A stretch of 64,000 nucleotides of DNA from Synechococcus sp. (GTDB lineage Bacteria; Cyanobacteriota; Cyanobacteriia; PCC-6307; Cyanobiaceae): assembly GCA_047285535.1 (NCBI GenBank), contig JBJBDC010000001.1, forward strand, positions 2,816,136-2,880,135, given 5' to 3'. Shown one piece after another: positions 10,340-23,321 of the stretch. Position numbers and translations under genes: made by a program. The notes beneath the pieces were generated by a model. It ran no database searches. It saw only the letters and a list, made by a program, of their open reading frames with translations, and was not told the DNA's origin. Each line of letters opens with the position of its first letter. Positions within the stretch are counted from its first letter, which is position 1.

Positions 10340-10953
10340 TCAGCAGGGTCAGGGTCTGGACTCACAACCACTGGAAGGCTTGAGGCTTTTCCCTGAAATG
10401 GAATGACTTTCACAGGAGCAGGACGTGAGATGACATCCTGAGCTTTTGATTGCTCGCAAGCATTCAGGGCTTCTTGAAGCAAGGAGTCGAATGTTGCTCC
10501 TGGCAAGCGGTGCCTGGCGATTTCTAGAAAAGTTCTGGGTAGAGATTCCCCTGCAGCACTCAGGACGGCTGGATTCTCACGACGTTGGTGTTGTTCGTCT
10601 TCAATCGCACGTAGGAAGCGATGGGTGACATCACGTTTGGTACAGGCTTTGATCAAGGTGTCTCGATCGGCCATGGGTTGATCGGCGATCTCCTCAAGTT
10701 CAACGATTCTTCGCTCGAGGCTCTCAAGAACTTCGCTTGCTTCTTTTGTGATGTTGGCGAGCTGTCCGTCCGAAAGGAACGGCATATCTGCTACAAAAAC
10801 TTTTCCATGATCCTTCAGTGCAAGGAACGTCGGTCGAGGCCCCTGTCGATGGCTTGTAGCTCGGTCGTTACTTCCGCCCAAGGGACGGCGTGGAGGCTTA
10901 GGACCAGCAGATGTCCTTCTGCGTGTCGTTCGTTGAATTCTATCGAAAGCCAT
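10327..10953 (-). CDS. conserved hypothetical protein
   Basis: 208-aa ORF, basic N-terminus and coiled-coil core. Confidence 0.7.
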   Translation of the reverse strand: MAFDRIQRTTRRRTSAGPKPPRRPLGGSNDRATSHRQGPRPTFLALKDHGKVFVADMPFLSDGQLANITKEASEVLESLERRIVELEEIADQPMADRDTLIKACTKRDVTHRFLRAIEDEQHQRRENPAVLSAAGESLPRTFLEIARHRLPGATFDSLLQEALNACEQSKAQDVISRPAPVKVIPFQGKASSLPVVVSPDPDPADQAL

Positions 10954-11093
10954 TTCTAGTTAAAGATTTAACGTCTCTGCGCGCGGCTGGGGGCCGGTTT
11001 GCCTGCACAAGACTAACGATTCAAGAGTTAAAAAGCTCTAAGGGCAGAGCCAGTTTCAGCAACTGACGTAATTAACCGGCGCTCAGATTGTTC

Positions 11094-12134
11094 TCATGCT
11101 GGGAGTCCCAGGACGGATCCAGCATGCTCACAGATTGCAGAGGACTGGATGCTTCCGATGTTCCAGGCCTGGATTCCTGCCATCTCACATGCTTTCTCGG
11201 CCATGAGAACACTTGCCTCCGGCACGATCAGGCAGTAGCCAATGCCTAGATTAAATGTGTGCCAAAGGTCTCGTTCTGGTATTTCTCCATGGGACTGCAG
11301 CCATTGATACAGAACTGGGCGGGGCCAACTCGACGCCTCTACATGTGCCTGAAGTCCAGGAGGTAAGCATCGAGGAAGATTTTCGGGGAGGCCTCCACCG
11401 GTGATGTGAGCCATGCCATGGATGGGTGTTCCTGTAGAGAGCAGCGTCTGCACCAGGCCCCCATAGAGCTGGGTAGGCTTGAGCAAGGCTTCAATTAGAG
11501 ATTGGTCGTCTGGGCCAAATTTAGTCTCGGCCTTGGCTCCGGCTTGCTGCAGCACCTTTCTGACAAGGCTGAAGCCATTGCTGTGAACTCCGCTACTTGC
11601 AAGCCCTAAGATTCGATCCCCGATTTTGATTTGACCACCATCGATGAGGTTGTCTTCGTCAACGACGGCTACGCAGAAGCCGGCTAAGTCGTAGCGCCCT
11701 GGAGGATAAAACCCAGGCATCTCAGCTGTTTCACCACCCAACAATGAGCAACCGCTCAATCGACAACCCTCAGCGATTCCTTCCACCACAGTGGCCATGG
11801 CGTCAGGGCTCAGGGCTCCAGTTGCCATGTAGTCGAGGAAAAACAGCGGTTCTGCTCCACTGGTGATCACGTCATTGACACACATGGCCACGAGATCAAT
11901 CCCTACGTTGTAATGGCCTCCATGGTCTTGAGCTAGCTCAAGCTTGGTGCCCACCCCATCTGTTCCTGAAACCAGCAGCGGTTTTTTTAGGCCCGCGGGT
12001 AGTCGCATCAGGCCACCAAATCCACCGAGTCCACCAACCACTTCTGGACGATGGGTTGCTTCCACGCTCTTGCGAATTCTGTTGACGAAGGCTCGCCCGG
12101 CCTTCACGTCAACCCCAGCAGTTTTGTAATCCAT
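11094..12134 (-). CDS. purM: phosphoribosylformylglycinamidine cyclo-ligase
   Basis: [38 protein letters not shown]. Confidence 0.97.
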   Translation of the reverse strand: MDYKTAGVDVKAGRAFVNRIRKSVEATHRPEVVGGLGGFGGLMRLPAGLKKPLLVSGTDGVGTKLELAQDHGGHYNVGIDLVAMCVNDVITSGAEPLFFLDYMATGALSPDAMATVVEGIAEGCRLSGCSLLGGETAEMPGFYPPGRYDLAGFCVAVVDEDNLIDGGQIKIGDRILGLASSGVHSNGFSLVRKVLQQAGAKAETKFGPDDQSLIEALLKPTQLYGGLVQTLLSTGTPIHGMAHITGGGLPENLPRCLPPGLQAHVEASSWPRPVLYQWLQSHGEIPERDLWHTFNLGIGYCLIVPEASVLMAEKACEMAGIQAWNIGSIQSSAICEHAGSVLGLPA

Positions 12135-12470
12135 TCAAAAGAGCTGTACTTCAATGATCCTCCTCTTTCACAGCTCCGGGTGGACCTGATGCAAAATCGT
12201 CCGCCGGTTCGATGAGTTGAGCTTGCCTCAGCGATTAGTCCCTCTAATGCTTGATTTGGTTTGTTCCGCGATTCAGTCCTTTGCTGATGGGGTGTTTCAG
12301 GGTTGCCTCGTTGATCGTGTGCCCAAGACCTTCCCCATTGCTCTTGAGAGGTTCAGAAAAGGTTTTTAACGTCGATGCACTTTGTTTTTGAAGATCGTTC
12401 GCTGACAGCAGTCCTTGTTGATTGAGATCACAACATTGAGTGCTTTGGCAAGGCTGAACAATCGACTTGC

Positions 12471-12980
12471 ATGATCCGATCATTCCCTCTCGCGACTTTT
12501 GCCACCGGGCTTCTGGCCACAGGCTTTGCACTCTTTCCTGTCTTGGCTCGAGACATGGTCTCAACTGAGTTCTATGACCCATTTGAGTCAGTTTCTTCGC
12601 TGTCTGAACAAGCTTCCAATGTCTCTGAGCCAGCAGTTATTCCCCCTAAATCCGTAGCTCCTCCGAAACCTCCCAAGATGTCGATTGTCTCGACCTCAAC
12701 AGGAGAAGCTAGCTGGTATGGACCTGGATTTTTTGGTAACCGTACAGCTAATGGAGAATTATTCAGGCCGGGCACGATGACAGCTGCGCATCGAACGTTG
12801 CCCTTCGGAACCTTGGTTAGAGTGACTAATCTTCGCAACGGTCGCGAAACAATCGTTCGTATTAATGACAGAGGTCCTTTTGCTGGTCACCGAGTGATTG
12901 ATTTGGCTCATGGTGCAGCCCATCACTTGGGTTTGGTGTCCAGTGGAATTGCTCAAGTACGACTCGAGGTGCTGCGCTGA
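12471..12980 (+). CDS. rlpA: RlpA-family septal lytic transglycosylase
   Basis: GEASWYG, TAAHRTLPFGT, VRINDRGPF, RVIDL. Confidence 0.92.
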   Translation: MIRSFPLATFATGLLATGFALFPVLARDMVSTEFYDPFESVSSLSEQASNVSEPAVIPPKSVAPPKPPKMSIVSTSTGEASWYGPGFFGNRTANGELFRPGTMTAAHRTLPFGTLVRVTNLRNGRETIVRINDRGPFAGHRVIDLAHGAAHHLGLVSSGIAQVRLEVLR

Positions 12981-14530
12981 GCTTTCAGATTCTGCGTTCC
13001 ATCCAGGATCTTCGTCAGTGGCGTTCGGCGTCCAGAGGATCCGTGAATTTTGTGCCGACCATGGGTGGGCTCCATCAAGGTCATGCCAGATTGATTGCCG
13101 CTGCTAGTCAGCGAGAAGCGACTCGTTCAAAGACCCTGGTCAGTGTTTTTGTCAATCCACTGCAGTTTGGTCAGGACGAAGATTTTGATCAATACCCACG
13201 GACTCTCGACAACGACTGTGCTTTGGCCGAAAACTCTGGCGCCTCAGCACTCTGGTGCCCCAATGATGCACAGATTTATCCCGGCGGCTTTGCTGAATCC
13301 TGGCAGGTTCATCCCCCAAAATCACTGCAGTCCTGCCTTTGCGGGTTTGCAAGACCAGGACATTTCGATGGTGTAGCCACTGTGGTCTGCCGCCTTTTGG
13401 CTTTAGTGCAACCGCATCAACTCTTCCTTGGTGAAAAGGACTGGCAGCAATTAATTATTTTGCGTCGAATGGTGGCTGATCTTGCTTTGCCGGTTCGCGT
13501 GCGCAGTGTGGCGACCGTCAGGGATGAGGATGGCTTGGCGAGTAGCTCAAGAAATCGCTATCTCAGTGATCGGGAGCGTCAACAAGGGGTGATGTTTGCC
13601 AACACGTTGCGGGAAGCGGCGAGTTCGTTTACTCATGACAACTCCTCCTTGGATGCTCGTCAGATTTATCGTCGCCTTGAGGATGAAGGCCTCCAGGTGG
13701 ACTATGTCGAAGTCGTTGATCCATGTTCGTTGCAGCCTGCAAATCCGACCAAGGCCTCCATTAATTTGCTTGCGGCGGCTGTCCGATGTGGTCAAACCCG
13801 CTTGATCGATCATGTGTTTTTAATGGCTCGCTCTCCAATTGTTGCTATTGACGGACCTGCCGGTGCTGGGAAAAGCACAGTCACCAAAGCCTTTGCTGAG
13901 CGGTTAGGTCTTGTTTATCTCGATACTGGAGCTATGTATCGGGCTGTGACCTGGTTGGTTCAGGAGAAGGGCGTTGACCCTGTTGATTCGGCTGCAGTGG
14001 AGATTTTATTGAAAGATCTAGACGTTCAGCTTGAGCCCTTGCATCAAGGTGTGCAGGTTGTGCGTGTGAATGGTCAAGATGTCACCGAAGCGATTCGTGA
14101 TCCAAGGGTGACGGCGTCGGTGTCTGCGGTCGCAGCTCTTGGTTGTGTGCGTGCAGCGATGACCACCCAACAACAGCGCATGGGACAAGCAGGAGGTCTC
14201 GTCGCCGAGGGGCGTGACATTGGCACTGCTGTGTTCCCTGATGCCGATGTGAAGGTATTTCTTACGGCCACTTCGGAAGAGCGTGCTCGTCGCCGTGCAC
14301 GCGATTTAGAACAAAGAGGTCATCAAGTTCCTCCTTTGGCTGAACTCGAGGCGCAGATTGTGGAACGCGACCGTTTGGATAGCACTCGTGATGTCGCTCC
14401 TCTCATCAAGGCTGAGGATGCCACTGAACTCATCAGCGACGGAATGAGTATTCACGAGGTGATTGATGCTCTCGAGGATCTGTTCCGTTGTCGTGTGGCA
14501 GAAGAAGCCTGGCCTAACCCTGGCTGCTAA
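12977..14530 (+). CDS. panC-cmk: bifunctional pantoate--beta-alanine ligase / cytidylate kinase
   Basis: VPTMGGLHQGH, RPGHFDGV, GEKD, SSRN then IDGPAGAGKST, EGRDIG; start inferred at CTG 12977 (ORF track gives 13043). Confidence 0.93.
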   Translation: MSFQILRSIQDLRQWRSASRGSVNFVPTMGGLHQGHARLIAAASQREATRSKTLVSVFVNPLQFGQDEDFDQYPRTLDNDCALAENSGASALWCPNDAQIYPGGFAESWQVHPPKSLQSCLCGFARPGHFDGVATVVCRLLALVQPHQLFLGEKDWQQLIILRRMVADLALPVRVRSVATVRDEDGLASSSRNRYLSDRERQQGVMFANTLREAASSFTHDNSSLDARQIYRRLEDEGLQVDYVEVVDPCSLQPANPTKASINLLAAAVRCGQTRLIDHVFLMARSPIVAIDGPAGAGKSTVTKAFAERLGLVYLDTGAMYRAVTWLVQEKGVDPVDSAAVEILLKDLDVQLEPLHQGVQVVRVNGQDVTEAIRDPRVTASVSAVAALGCVRAAMTTQQQRMGQAGGLVAEGRDIGTAVFPDADVKVFLTATSEERARRRARDLEQRGHQVPPLAELEAQIVERDRLDSTRDVAPLIKAEDATELISDGMSIHEVIDALEDLFRCRVAEEAWPNPGC

Positions 14531-15017
14531 TCAGTTTGTGATGACCTGATGGGTCTAGAAGGTCTTCTAGTAGTCCTTGGCAGGCATCCTCTAGAAGGTC
14601 GAGCACATGATCGAAGCCGTGATCTCCTCCGTAATAAGGGTCTGGAACATCCAGCTTGTCAACGTTGCGCGCGTGGCTGAGCATCGGACGTATGTTCGCT
14701 GTACTTTTTTGACCAAATTCTTTGGCCAGGCTGATGACATCTCGGAGGTTGTCCTCATCCATGGTGAGGATATGATCGAAACTCGACAGATCTTGGGGCT
14801 CGATTTGACGAGCTCGACTGGGAAGGTGAATGCCTCTTCGATTTGCAGCGGCTTGCATCCGCTGATCAGCGGGGTTGCCCACATGCCATCCCCCTGTCCC
14901 TGCAGAGTCCACGACAAAGTGATCAGTTAGTCCGAGCTCAGTAATCAAGCGAATAAACACGCCTTCTGCTGCAGGTGAACGGCAGATGTTGCCAAGGCAT
15001 ACGAATAAAATTTTCAA
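14514..15017 (-). CDS. low molecular weight protein-tyrosine phosphatase
   Basis: FVCLGNICRS P-loop, DSAGT, VPDPYYG; usual border of the PBS rod region. Confidence 0.95.
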   Translation of the reverse strand: MKILFVCLGNICRSPAAEGVFIRLITELGLTDHFVVDSAGTGGWHVGNPADQRMQAAANRRGIHLPSRARQIEPQDLSSFDHILTMDEDNLRDVISLAKEFGQKSTANIRPMLSHARNVDKLDVPDPYYGGDHGFDHVLDLLEDACQGLLEDLLDPSGHHKLISSQG

Positions 15018-15063
15018 GTTTTCATCCGGTTTTGATTAATGCTGAGTATAATATTATTCATGT

Positions 15064-16434
15064 TCAGGACTTAAGAGTCCTGGCCAGAGCTAAATGAATG
15101 CGCAACCAAACGACAGGGTCTGACTCTGAAGTTTGAGCTATCGATAAACATTCCGAAGACTGATTGTTATTGATTTCTTCTAGGGCTAAGCAAGCGCTAT
15201 AGCGCAACCCCCAATCATCTGGTTTGGTAGCGGCCCAAGCTAGCTTTGTGAGGATGCTTTGAAGAACATCTTTCTCCGCATGCTTTTGAGATCCTATTTT
15301 TCCAAGCGCGCAGGTGGCAACGCGACGAATATTCCCTTGGCAATGATTGCCAATATCGACGCCAATTGCGTCAATCAAGGCTGCAAGGGATCGAGAATCT
15401 TCCGTTGCTGCTATGGCTTTTATGAGGCCGATTTTGATGTCCTGGTCAGATTCTGAAAAGTAAAGTTTTGAAAGACCTGAGTCAATAGAATGATGATTGG
15501 TCGCTAGAAGCTGAATCCCTAATTCTCGATCTGATAGAGAAGGGCTTTTTAGAAGATTAAAAGAATCTGATAAGTTGAATGCATTCTCAATTGGTGGACT
15601 TGTTTTGCTTATGTCTTTGGGGGATTTGTCTTTTTCGATTACTATATTTCCTGCAAAGTTTTCTCGAACTAGGTTGTCTAGTTTTTGTATGATCGCCTCC
15701 TGGTCTATGTTGAGATTGTGCAATGCTTCGTGTGAATTTTTGCTAGAGAAGAGTATGGACTTGCCCAGAATTGACTTTAGACAATGCATCTTAATGTTGT
15801 TGGGTATCTTGGCGTTTAAAATTGATTCTGTGCTGTCCATTGAGGCGATCCTTGCAAGATCAAATGCTGCAGACTGTCGTATAAAGCGATTGTCATGTCT
15901 TAAATAAGCATGTATTGCGTTTAAATAGCAAGTTTCGCTCGTATAAGAGTAAAAGTAGGAAGCTGCTGCACTGGCAATCCTTGCTGATTCAGAACTTAGA
16001 TAAGGCTTTATCTTTTCGCTGCAAGCCCATACTTTGTAAGTAGTGAGGGCTTCTATTAAGGCCTCGATAGGTTTGCCTTCAATGTTTTTGTCTATATATC
16101 TGTTCAATGCATCAATGCAGTCAGCATCCTTGAGTGCAATGAGTGCTCTTAACGTGGCTTCGTGGAGTTGGGTGTCATTGGTTTCCAATGTTTCTAACAA
16201 ATATGGTGTGCAACTACTGTCATTAATGAGTCCTAGTGATCGCGCAGCTTGTCTTCTTAAGGGATAGCCACCTGTAGATGTTTGTTCGCCGTCATCCTGA
16301 AGGCATTGAATTAAAACGTTTACAGCCGATTCGACTCTGTTTTTTCCAAGCCACCATGCAGCATGGTATCTCACTCCGGCATCATCGCTCGTTAAGGCCT
16401 TGATTGCAGATTCGGCAGAGTTGATTGCGATCAA
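15064..16434 (-). CDS. rpcG: phycocyanin alpha-84 PEB lyase-isomerase (E/F fusion)
   Basis: E-type N-half (RYHAAWWLG, GGYPLRRQAARSLG) fused to F-type half with NHCQGN motif; downstream of rpcT. Confidence 0.88.
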   Translation of the reverse strand: MIAINSAESAIKALTSDDAGVRYHAAWWLGKNRVESAVNVLIQCLQDDGEQTSTGGYPLRRQAARSLGLINDSSCTPYLLETLETNDTQLHEATLRALIALKDADCIDALNRYIDKNIEGKPIEALIEALTTYKVWACSEKIKPYLSSESARIASAAASYFYSYTSETCYLNAIHAYLRHDNRFIRQSAAFDLARIASMDSTESILNAKIPNNIKMHCLKSILGKSILFSSKNSHEALHNLNIDQEAIIQKLDNLVRENFAGNIVIEKDKSPKDISKTSPPIENAFNLSDSFNLLKSPSLSDRELGIQLLATNHHSIDSGLSKLYFSESDQDIKIGLIKAIAATEDSRSLAALIDAIGVDIGNHCQGNIRRVATCALGKIGSQKHAEKDVLQSILTKLAWAATKPDDWGLRYSACLALEEINNNQSSECLSIAQTSESDPVVWLRIHLALARTLKS

Positions 16435-16550
16435 ATTTGGGATTGGTTTTGTGGGTGTTGATCACTCAAAATTGCACTATGGACTTCTCTTCAGCTTGAA
16501 GTTTTAGAGAAGGTGCGATTGATGATCTCTTCTCCAATATAAGTGCTTTC

Positions 16551-17129
16551 TTAGTTCCACTTGGCTTGCCAAGAAGTGGTACGGATAAACTGGAACTTGC
16601 CTGCGATTGCTCCCCATAGTCTTTCATGTGTTTGTGGATCGTAGCCCTGATCTAGAGTGCTCAATTTATCACCTTGTAGATGGAAGGAACTTACTAAATA
16701 AGTGTTTCTACCATCACGACGAACCATGCAGTAACAACCTGGCTCGATGTAGCCATGGTATCCATCAATTTTTTCAACCACTTGGTAATGGCAGTTCTCA
16801 AGGGGGATTAAGTCATGTTCATTGATTTTTTGCCTTTGCCGTTGATCAGTTGTTGCTGTTGCGAATAACTCTGGATTTTTAAATTTGTGATTCCATAGCT
16901 TGATCACTCCTGCGGAGCTTTCTTCGGCTCTGATCATGCGTAAACGATAGGGAATTTTCGGATTTAATGCATAGCTCTGCTCAAGTAAAATTGATCCTGG
17001 TTGAAGGTGTTCTATAGGGTGGTAGCGAATGAAGATGTGAGCAAAAAATGGTGGATTATCGAGTGCTTGTTGCTGATTGTTGAATTCGCCGCACAATTGG
17101 TTGAGAAATCGTTTCAAGAAAGGTTGCAT
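16551..17129 (-). CDS. rpcT: T-type lyase for phycocyanin beta-153
   Basis: NQQQALDNPPFFAHI, PYRLR, EPGC, LWG; follows rpcA; ATG 17129 lies after the hairpin. Confidence 0.88.
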   Translation of the reverse strand: MQPFLKRFLNQLCGEFNNQQQALDNPPFFAHIFIRYHPIEHLQPGSILLEQSYALNPKIPYRLRMIRAEESSAGVIKLWNHKFKNPELFATATTDQRQRQKINEHDLIPLENCHYQVVEKIDGYHGYIEPGCYCMVRRDGRNTYLVSSFHLQGDKLSTLDQGYDPQTHERLWGAIAGKFQFIRTTSWQAKWN

Positions 17130-17149
17130 AGCATCTCGGGCTAAGGCAT

Positions 17150-17178
17150 AAAAACAGCCCCCAATAGGGGGCTGTTTT
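17150..17178 (-). terminator. intrinsic terminator/hairpin after rpcBA
   Basis: AAAACAGCCCCC-AATA-GGGGGCTGTTTT. Confidence 0.8.
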
Positions 17179-17195
17179 ACTTGATCAATCAATGA

Positions 17196-17684
17196 TCAAG
17201 TAAGTGCGTTAATGGCGTAATCAATATAGCTGTTAGCCTCAGCAGCAGCGTCACCGCTTAAACCGTGATTAGCTTTGATATGTTTTAGAGCTTCAACATA
17301 CCAAGTAGGAGAAAGCTCGAATGTACGATTGATTTCAGCCAGGCCTGCAATGAGGTAATCATCCATTGGGCCAGTGCCTCCTGCTACCAAGCAATAGGTA
17401 ATCATCCGCAGGTAATAGCTGATATCCCTAGAGCACTTGGTTTTGCCTTCGGAGGTTGATGCGTAGTTCGGACCTTCCATCTGGGTCGTGAAAGGGAACT
17501 TGGTATAAACGGCCTGGGCTGCACCATTGACTAGTGAGTCGCCTTTTGTGGTGAGAGCTTTGGCAGCTTCAAGGCTTGCCTTGGCACGGCTGAATCGACC
17601 TGATGCACCTTGGATCTCAGTGTTGCTCAGAAAGCGTCCCTGGGAATCAGCCGCTGCAACTGCTTCAGTTAGAGGAGTTTTCAT
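17196..17684 (-). CDS. rpcA: R-phycocyanin alpha subunit
   Basis: [19 protein letters not shown], Cys84 in KCSRD. Confidence 0.97.
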   Translation of the reverse strand: MKTPLTEAVAAADSQGRFLSNTEIQGASGRFSRAKASLEAAKALTTKGDSLVNGAAQAVYTKFPFTTQMEGPNYASTSEGKTKCSRDISYYLRMITYCLVAGGTGPMDDYLIAGLAEINRTFELSPTWYVEALKHIKANHGLSGDAAAEANSYIDYAINALT

Positions 17685-17729
17685 AATGATGTAGATGAAG
17701 AAGTTTAGTCGGAAATGTTTGTAACTAAA

Positions 17730-18251
17730 TCAAGCAACTGAAGCAGCTGCACGATCGAAGTAGGTTCCAATTTCGTTGGCGATGTTTGTGCAGTCTCCAG
17801 AGCTGCAATAAGTTCCAGCTTCAAGCACCATTCCGATAGCAGTTGCCTTCATCAGGTTGACCCCTTCGGCGACGGATGCGCCTGGAGTTCCAAGGGCTAG
17901 ATAAGTTTCGCGCAGGCCATTCAGGCAGCGGTCTTCCATCACGGAAGCGTCACCGGTAAAGACTGAATAGGAAACGTAGCGAAGGATGATCTCCATATCG
18001 CGCAGGCAAGCAGCCATGCGACGGGAGGTATAGGCGTTTCCTCCTGGTGCAATCAGTGCAGGTTGCTGAGCAAACAGTTCACGTGCTGCATTGGCAACGA
18101 TCGCGGAGGCATTACCGGAAATTCGGTTTACAGCATCTAAACGCTTGTTGCTTTCGGAAACAACAGCAGCAAGAGCATCAATCTCGCTAGTGCTGATGAA
18201 CTGTCCCCTGGCATCGGCCTGGGCGACAACCTTGGTGAAGGCGTCGAACAT
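17730..18251 (-). CDS. rpcB: R-phycocyanin beta subunit (atypical residues 136-160)
   Basis: [25 protein letters not shown] (C82), GDC (C154). Confidence 0.97.
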   Translation of the reverse strand: MFDAFTKVVAQADARGQFISTSEIDALAAVVSESNKRLDAVNRISGNASAIVANAARELFAQQPALIAPGGNAYTSRRMAACLRDMEIILRYVSYSVFTGDASVMEDRCLNGLRETYLALGTPGASVAEGVNLMKATAIGMVLEAGTYCSSGDCTNIANEIGTYFDRAAASVA

Positions 18252-18464
18252 TTGTTACTCCTGCTTGCAATGTCTAGAAAGGTGTCCAAGCACCTGAGAG
18301 GACATCCTAAGGAAGGTCCTAACGGGTTCGCTGTAATTCTCTCCTAAGTAACTAGAGCTTCCCCGGAAGCGGTTCATAATGCGTAACCAGGTCTTCGAAT
18401 TTGGCCTTGAATTTGCTGCCCAAAGCTGGACAACGCTCTGCCTTTAGGTCAATCAGCACGTTGT

Positions 18465-19948
<1,484 letters not shown>

Positions 19949-19958
19949 CTAAATGTCC

Positions 19959-20561
19959 TTAAGAAGGATTGGTTTGAGCAAATGTTTTGGCTTGAAGGGC
20001 AATCTCCTCAATCTCGGCTTTGCTTGGACATCGAAATTCTGTGCAGTAGGTGGTCATTGCTGCTCCACCAAGAAATTGAACTGAGCTAACACGTATTCTG
20101 ATTTGATCGTTGACAAACCAGCAGCGCTCGACCCCTACATTACTGTCATATCTGGTTGTGATTGTGAGTACTCCGTCTGGAGCGAATTTGTAAGTACTAA
20201 AAGCAGGTTTTTTTTCAACGTAGCCAACATCTCTTAAAAGGTATCCGCTGTTGGGATTTTCAGGATTTGGCACATTGATGACAACCGCTGCGTAATCGTT
20301 ATTGCGAGTGTCTGATAAAAGGTTGCTTTCCCACCAAAATCTGGCTCCCCCACTGGCTTCTTTGGCTTCTATTCCGAATACTTTGCAAACTTTCTCCACT
20401 GTTTCGTCAGACGCATCGAAGGGCTCGATAATCAAATTTGAATCAGCTGCTTCGTCGTCTTGGCTGTCGAGATGATGAACCACTCGTCTATTGAGCCAGA
20501 GGCCACGGCTGGCCTCAAAAAAGTCCTCCATGGTTACAGGTGGTTGGTCAATCAAATTCAT
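19959..20561 (-). CDS. cpeU: S/U-family phycobilin lyase
   Basis: FFEASRGLW, RVVHH, LLRDVGYVE, ERCWF; position upstream of pebA. Confidence 0.85.
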   Translation of the reverse strand: MNLIDQPPVTMEDFFEASRGLWLNRRVVHHLDSQDDEAADSNLIIEPFDASDETVEKVCKVFGIEAKEASGGARFWWESNLLSDTRNNDYAAVVINVPNPENPNSGYLLRDVGYVEKKPAFSTYKFAPDGVLTITTRYDSNVGVERCWFVNDQIRIRVSSVQFLGGAAMTTYCTEFRCPSKAEIEEIALQAKTFAQTNPS

Positions 20562-20791
20562 GATTGATTCTCTTGAGTATCCCGTTGAGCTTTTAGCTGC
20601 ATGAGAATTGCATCAATGCGGGTTAGTTCAGGATGCTCTTTGATGGTCGCTTCGATTTTTTTCTGGGATAACCGAAGCTTTTTGCCAAGCCCTACAACGT
20701 CATCGTAGAGTCTCTCTCGATAAGAAGTGAGTTCTGTAATTGTTTCTGTCAGCTCTTCAATAGAAGGCGCTTGACTCGTTTCTTCTGTCAT
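20558..20791 (-). CDS. conserved small protein of the PBS region (unk13-like)
   Basis: 77-aa helical ORF coupled to cpeU (ATGA overlap). Confidence 0.75.
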   Translation of the reverse strand: MTEETSQAPSIEELTETITELTSYRERLYDDVVGLGKKLRLSQKKIEATIKEHPELTRIDAILMQLKAQRDTQENQS

Positions 20792-21072
20792 GCCGACCTG
20801 TGATTTTCAGCAAACAAGCCTTCAAACCATACCTCCTAGAATAAAGAGACAATTTTTGTGTGCAAAAGAGGAGCACTCACCCAGGGTGTGGCGGACAGTG
20901 CCTTTTGAGGGCTTTCAAGATCGAATCTGAAGGTCTAGGCAAGATTGGCGCGATTGGATCGCAACGATCCTCAACCGTCAAGGTGACGAACTCTTGCGTG
21001 ATCAGCAGATACTGGGACACTCGTCAGCATCTTACGCTTAGGTTTATTGAGCGCTTCGCCTGAAAAGGCTAG

Positions 21073-21720
<648 letters not shown>

Positions 21721-21772
21721 TTCGCAATAGAGACCTACCTCTGCTCCTTTCTCAGACACTATTCATCTTTAG

Positions 21773-22276
<504 letters not shown>

Positions 22277-22301
22277 GAAGCATTTCAAAGTGATAGAGGA
22301 G

Positions 22302-22330
22302 AAAGGAGAGCATTGCTCTCCTTTTTTTTT
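22302..22330 (+). terminator. intrinsic terminator of cpeBA
   Basis: AAAGGAGAGC-ATT-GCTCTCC followed by T9. Confidence 0.88.
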
Positions 22331-22339
22331 GAATATTAA

Positions 22340-23272
22340 CTATTGGTTGTCAGCCATGTTGCGTAGTTGATTAATCGCTAATTCTAAAATATTTGAAACA
22401 ACTTCATCTTCTTCTTTCACGATTCTGTCTTGTAGGGCTTGGATAGATGACATAGAACGAAGTTTCATTAATGAGATTGCACTATTCTTTCTTACCCAGG
22501 TATCTGGATCCGAGAGTAGAGGTATTAATAATGGTGTCGCCATCTTTTCATCATCAATTTTGCCAAGACAGGTAGCGGCTTCAGCTCGAATCTCTGCACA
22601 AGAGTCAGATAAGGCATTTAGAAATATTCTTCTGTCCTCATCTATCTCTAAGGTTTGGATCTGGCTCCCTAAGGCCGATATTGATGCTTTACGAACATTA
22701 AAATTATCTGAATTGGCAGCCTGGCGAAGTGCTGTTGGAGCTCGATCTGCTACCAGAGAAAGGGCCCAATTCGCTAGTCCAATTTGCATTTCCGTGCTTT
22801 CCGGATTCTCTACAATGCCTAGAATCGCTTCGATAGCTTGTTCTCCCATCGCGGCCATCGCACCCATTGCCGAGCCTTGAACAACTGAATCTGTATCAGC
22901 AAGAAACGCTGAAAGTAGATCAGGAAGACTGGCAGGATCCGCAATCAGAGTAAGAGTTTTTGCAGCGGCCCTTCTTACGGTGACTTGACTGCTATGTTTC
23001 ATGGCTTGGCATAAAGCAGGCACAGCAGTTTTGCCAACTGATCCAAGGCTTTCAGAAAAACTGCGACGCAAGAGCCCTCGAGGATCACCTAATCCAGCTA
23101 TCATTATTTGGATTGAGTCTGGATCAGAGTCGATCGGCAATCCAGCTTTAAGTTTCTCTTTGAGATGAGTGGCCAAATCAAGAGCCTCTTCTTGACTCAA
23201 CTGTATTTCAGCAGAGTTATTTTCTGGAATGTCTGTTTGAAACAAATTCCCAGTTGCTCCTTCTGTCTCCAT
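22340..23272 (-). CDS. mpeV: E/F-type HEAT-repeat lyase(-isomerase) for beta-50/61, MpeV/CpeF family
   Basis: [29 protein letters not shown]; convergent with cpeA; MpeV rather than CpeF inferred from co-occurrence with mpeU. Confidence 0.75.
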   Translation of the reverse strand: METEGATGNLFQTDIPENNSAEIQLSQEEALDLATHLKEKLKAGLPIDSDPDSIQIMIAGLGDPRGLLRRSFSESLGSVGKTAVPALCQAMKHSSQVTVRRAAAKTLTLIADPASLPDLLSAFLADTDSVVQGSAMGAMAAMGEQAIEAILGIVENPESTEMQIGLANWALSLVADRAPTALRQAANSDNFNVRKASISALGSQIQTLEIDEDRRIFLNALSDSCAEIRAEAATCLGKIDDEKMATPLLIPLLSDPDTWVRKNSAISLMKLRSMSSIQALQDRIVKEEDEVVSNILELAINQLRNMADNQ

Positions 23273-23321
23273 AATTCCTAGATTTTACTCTGTCCAATCT
23301 TCCTTGACCATAGTCGAAACC

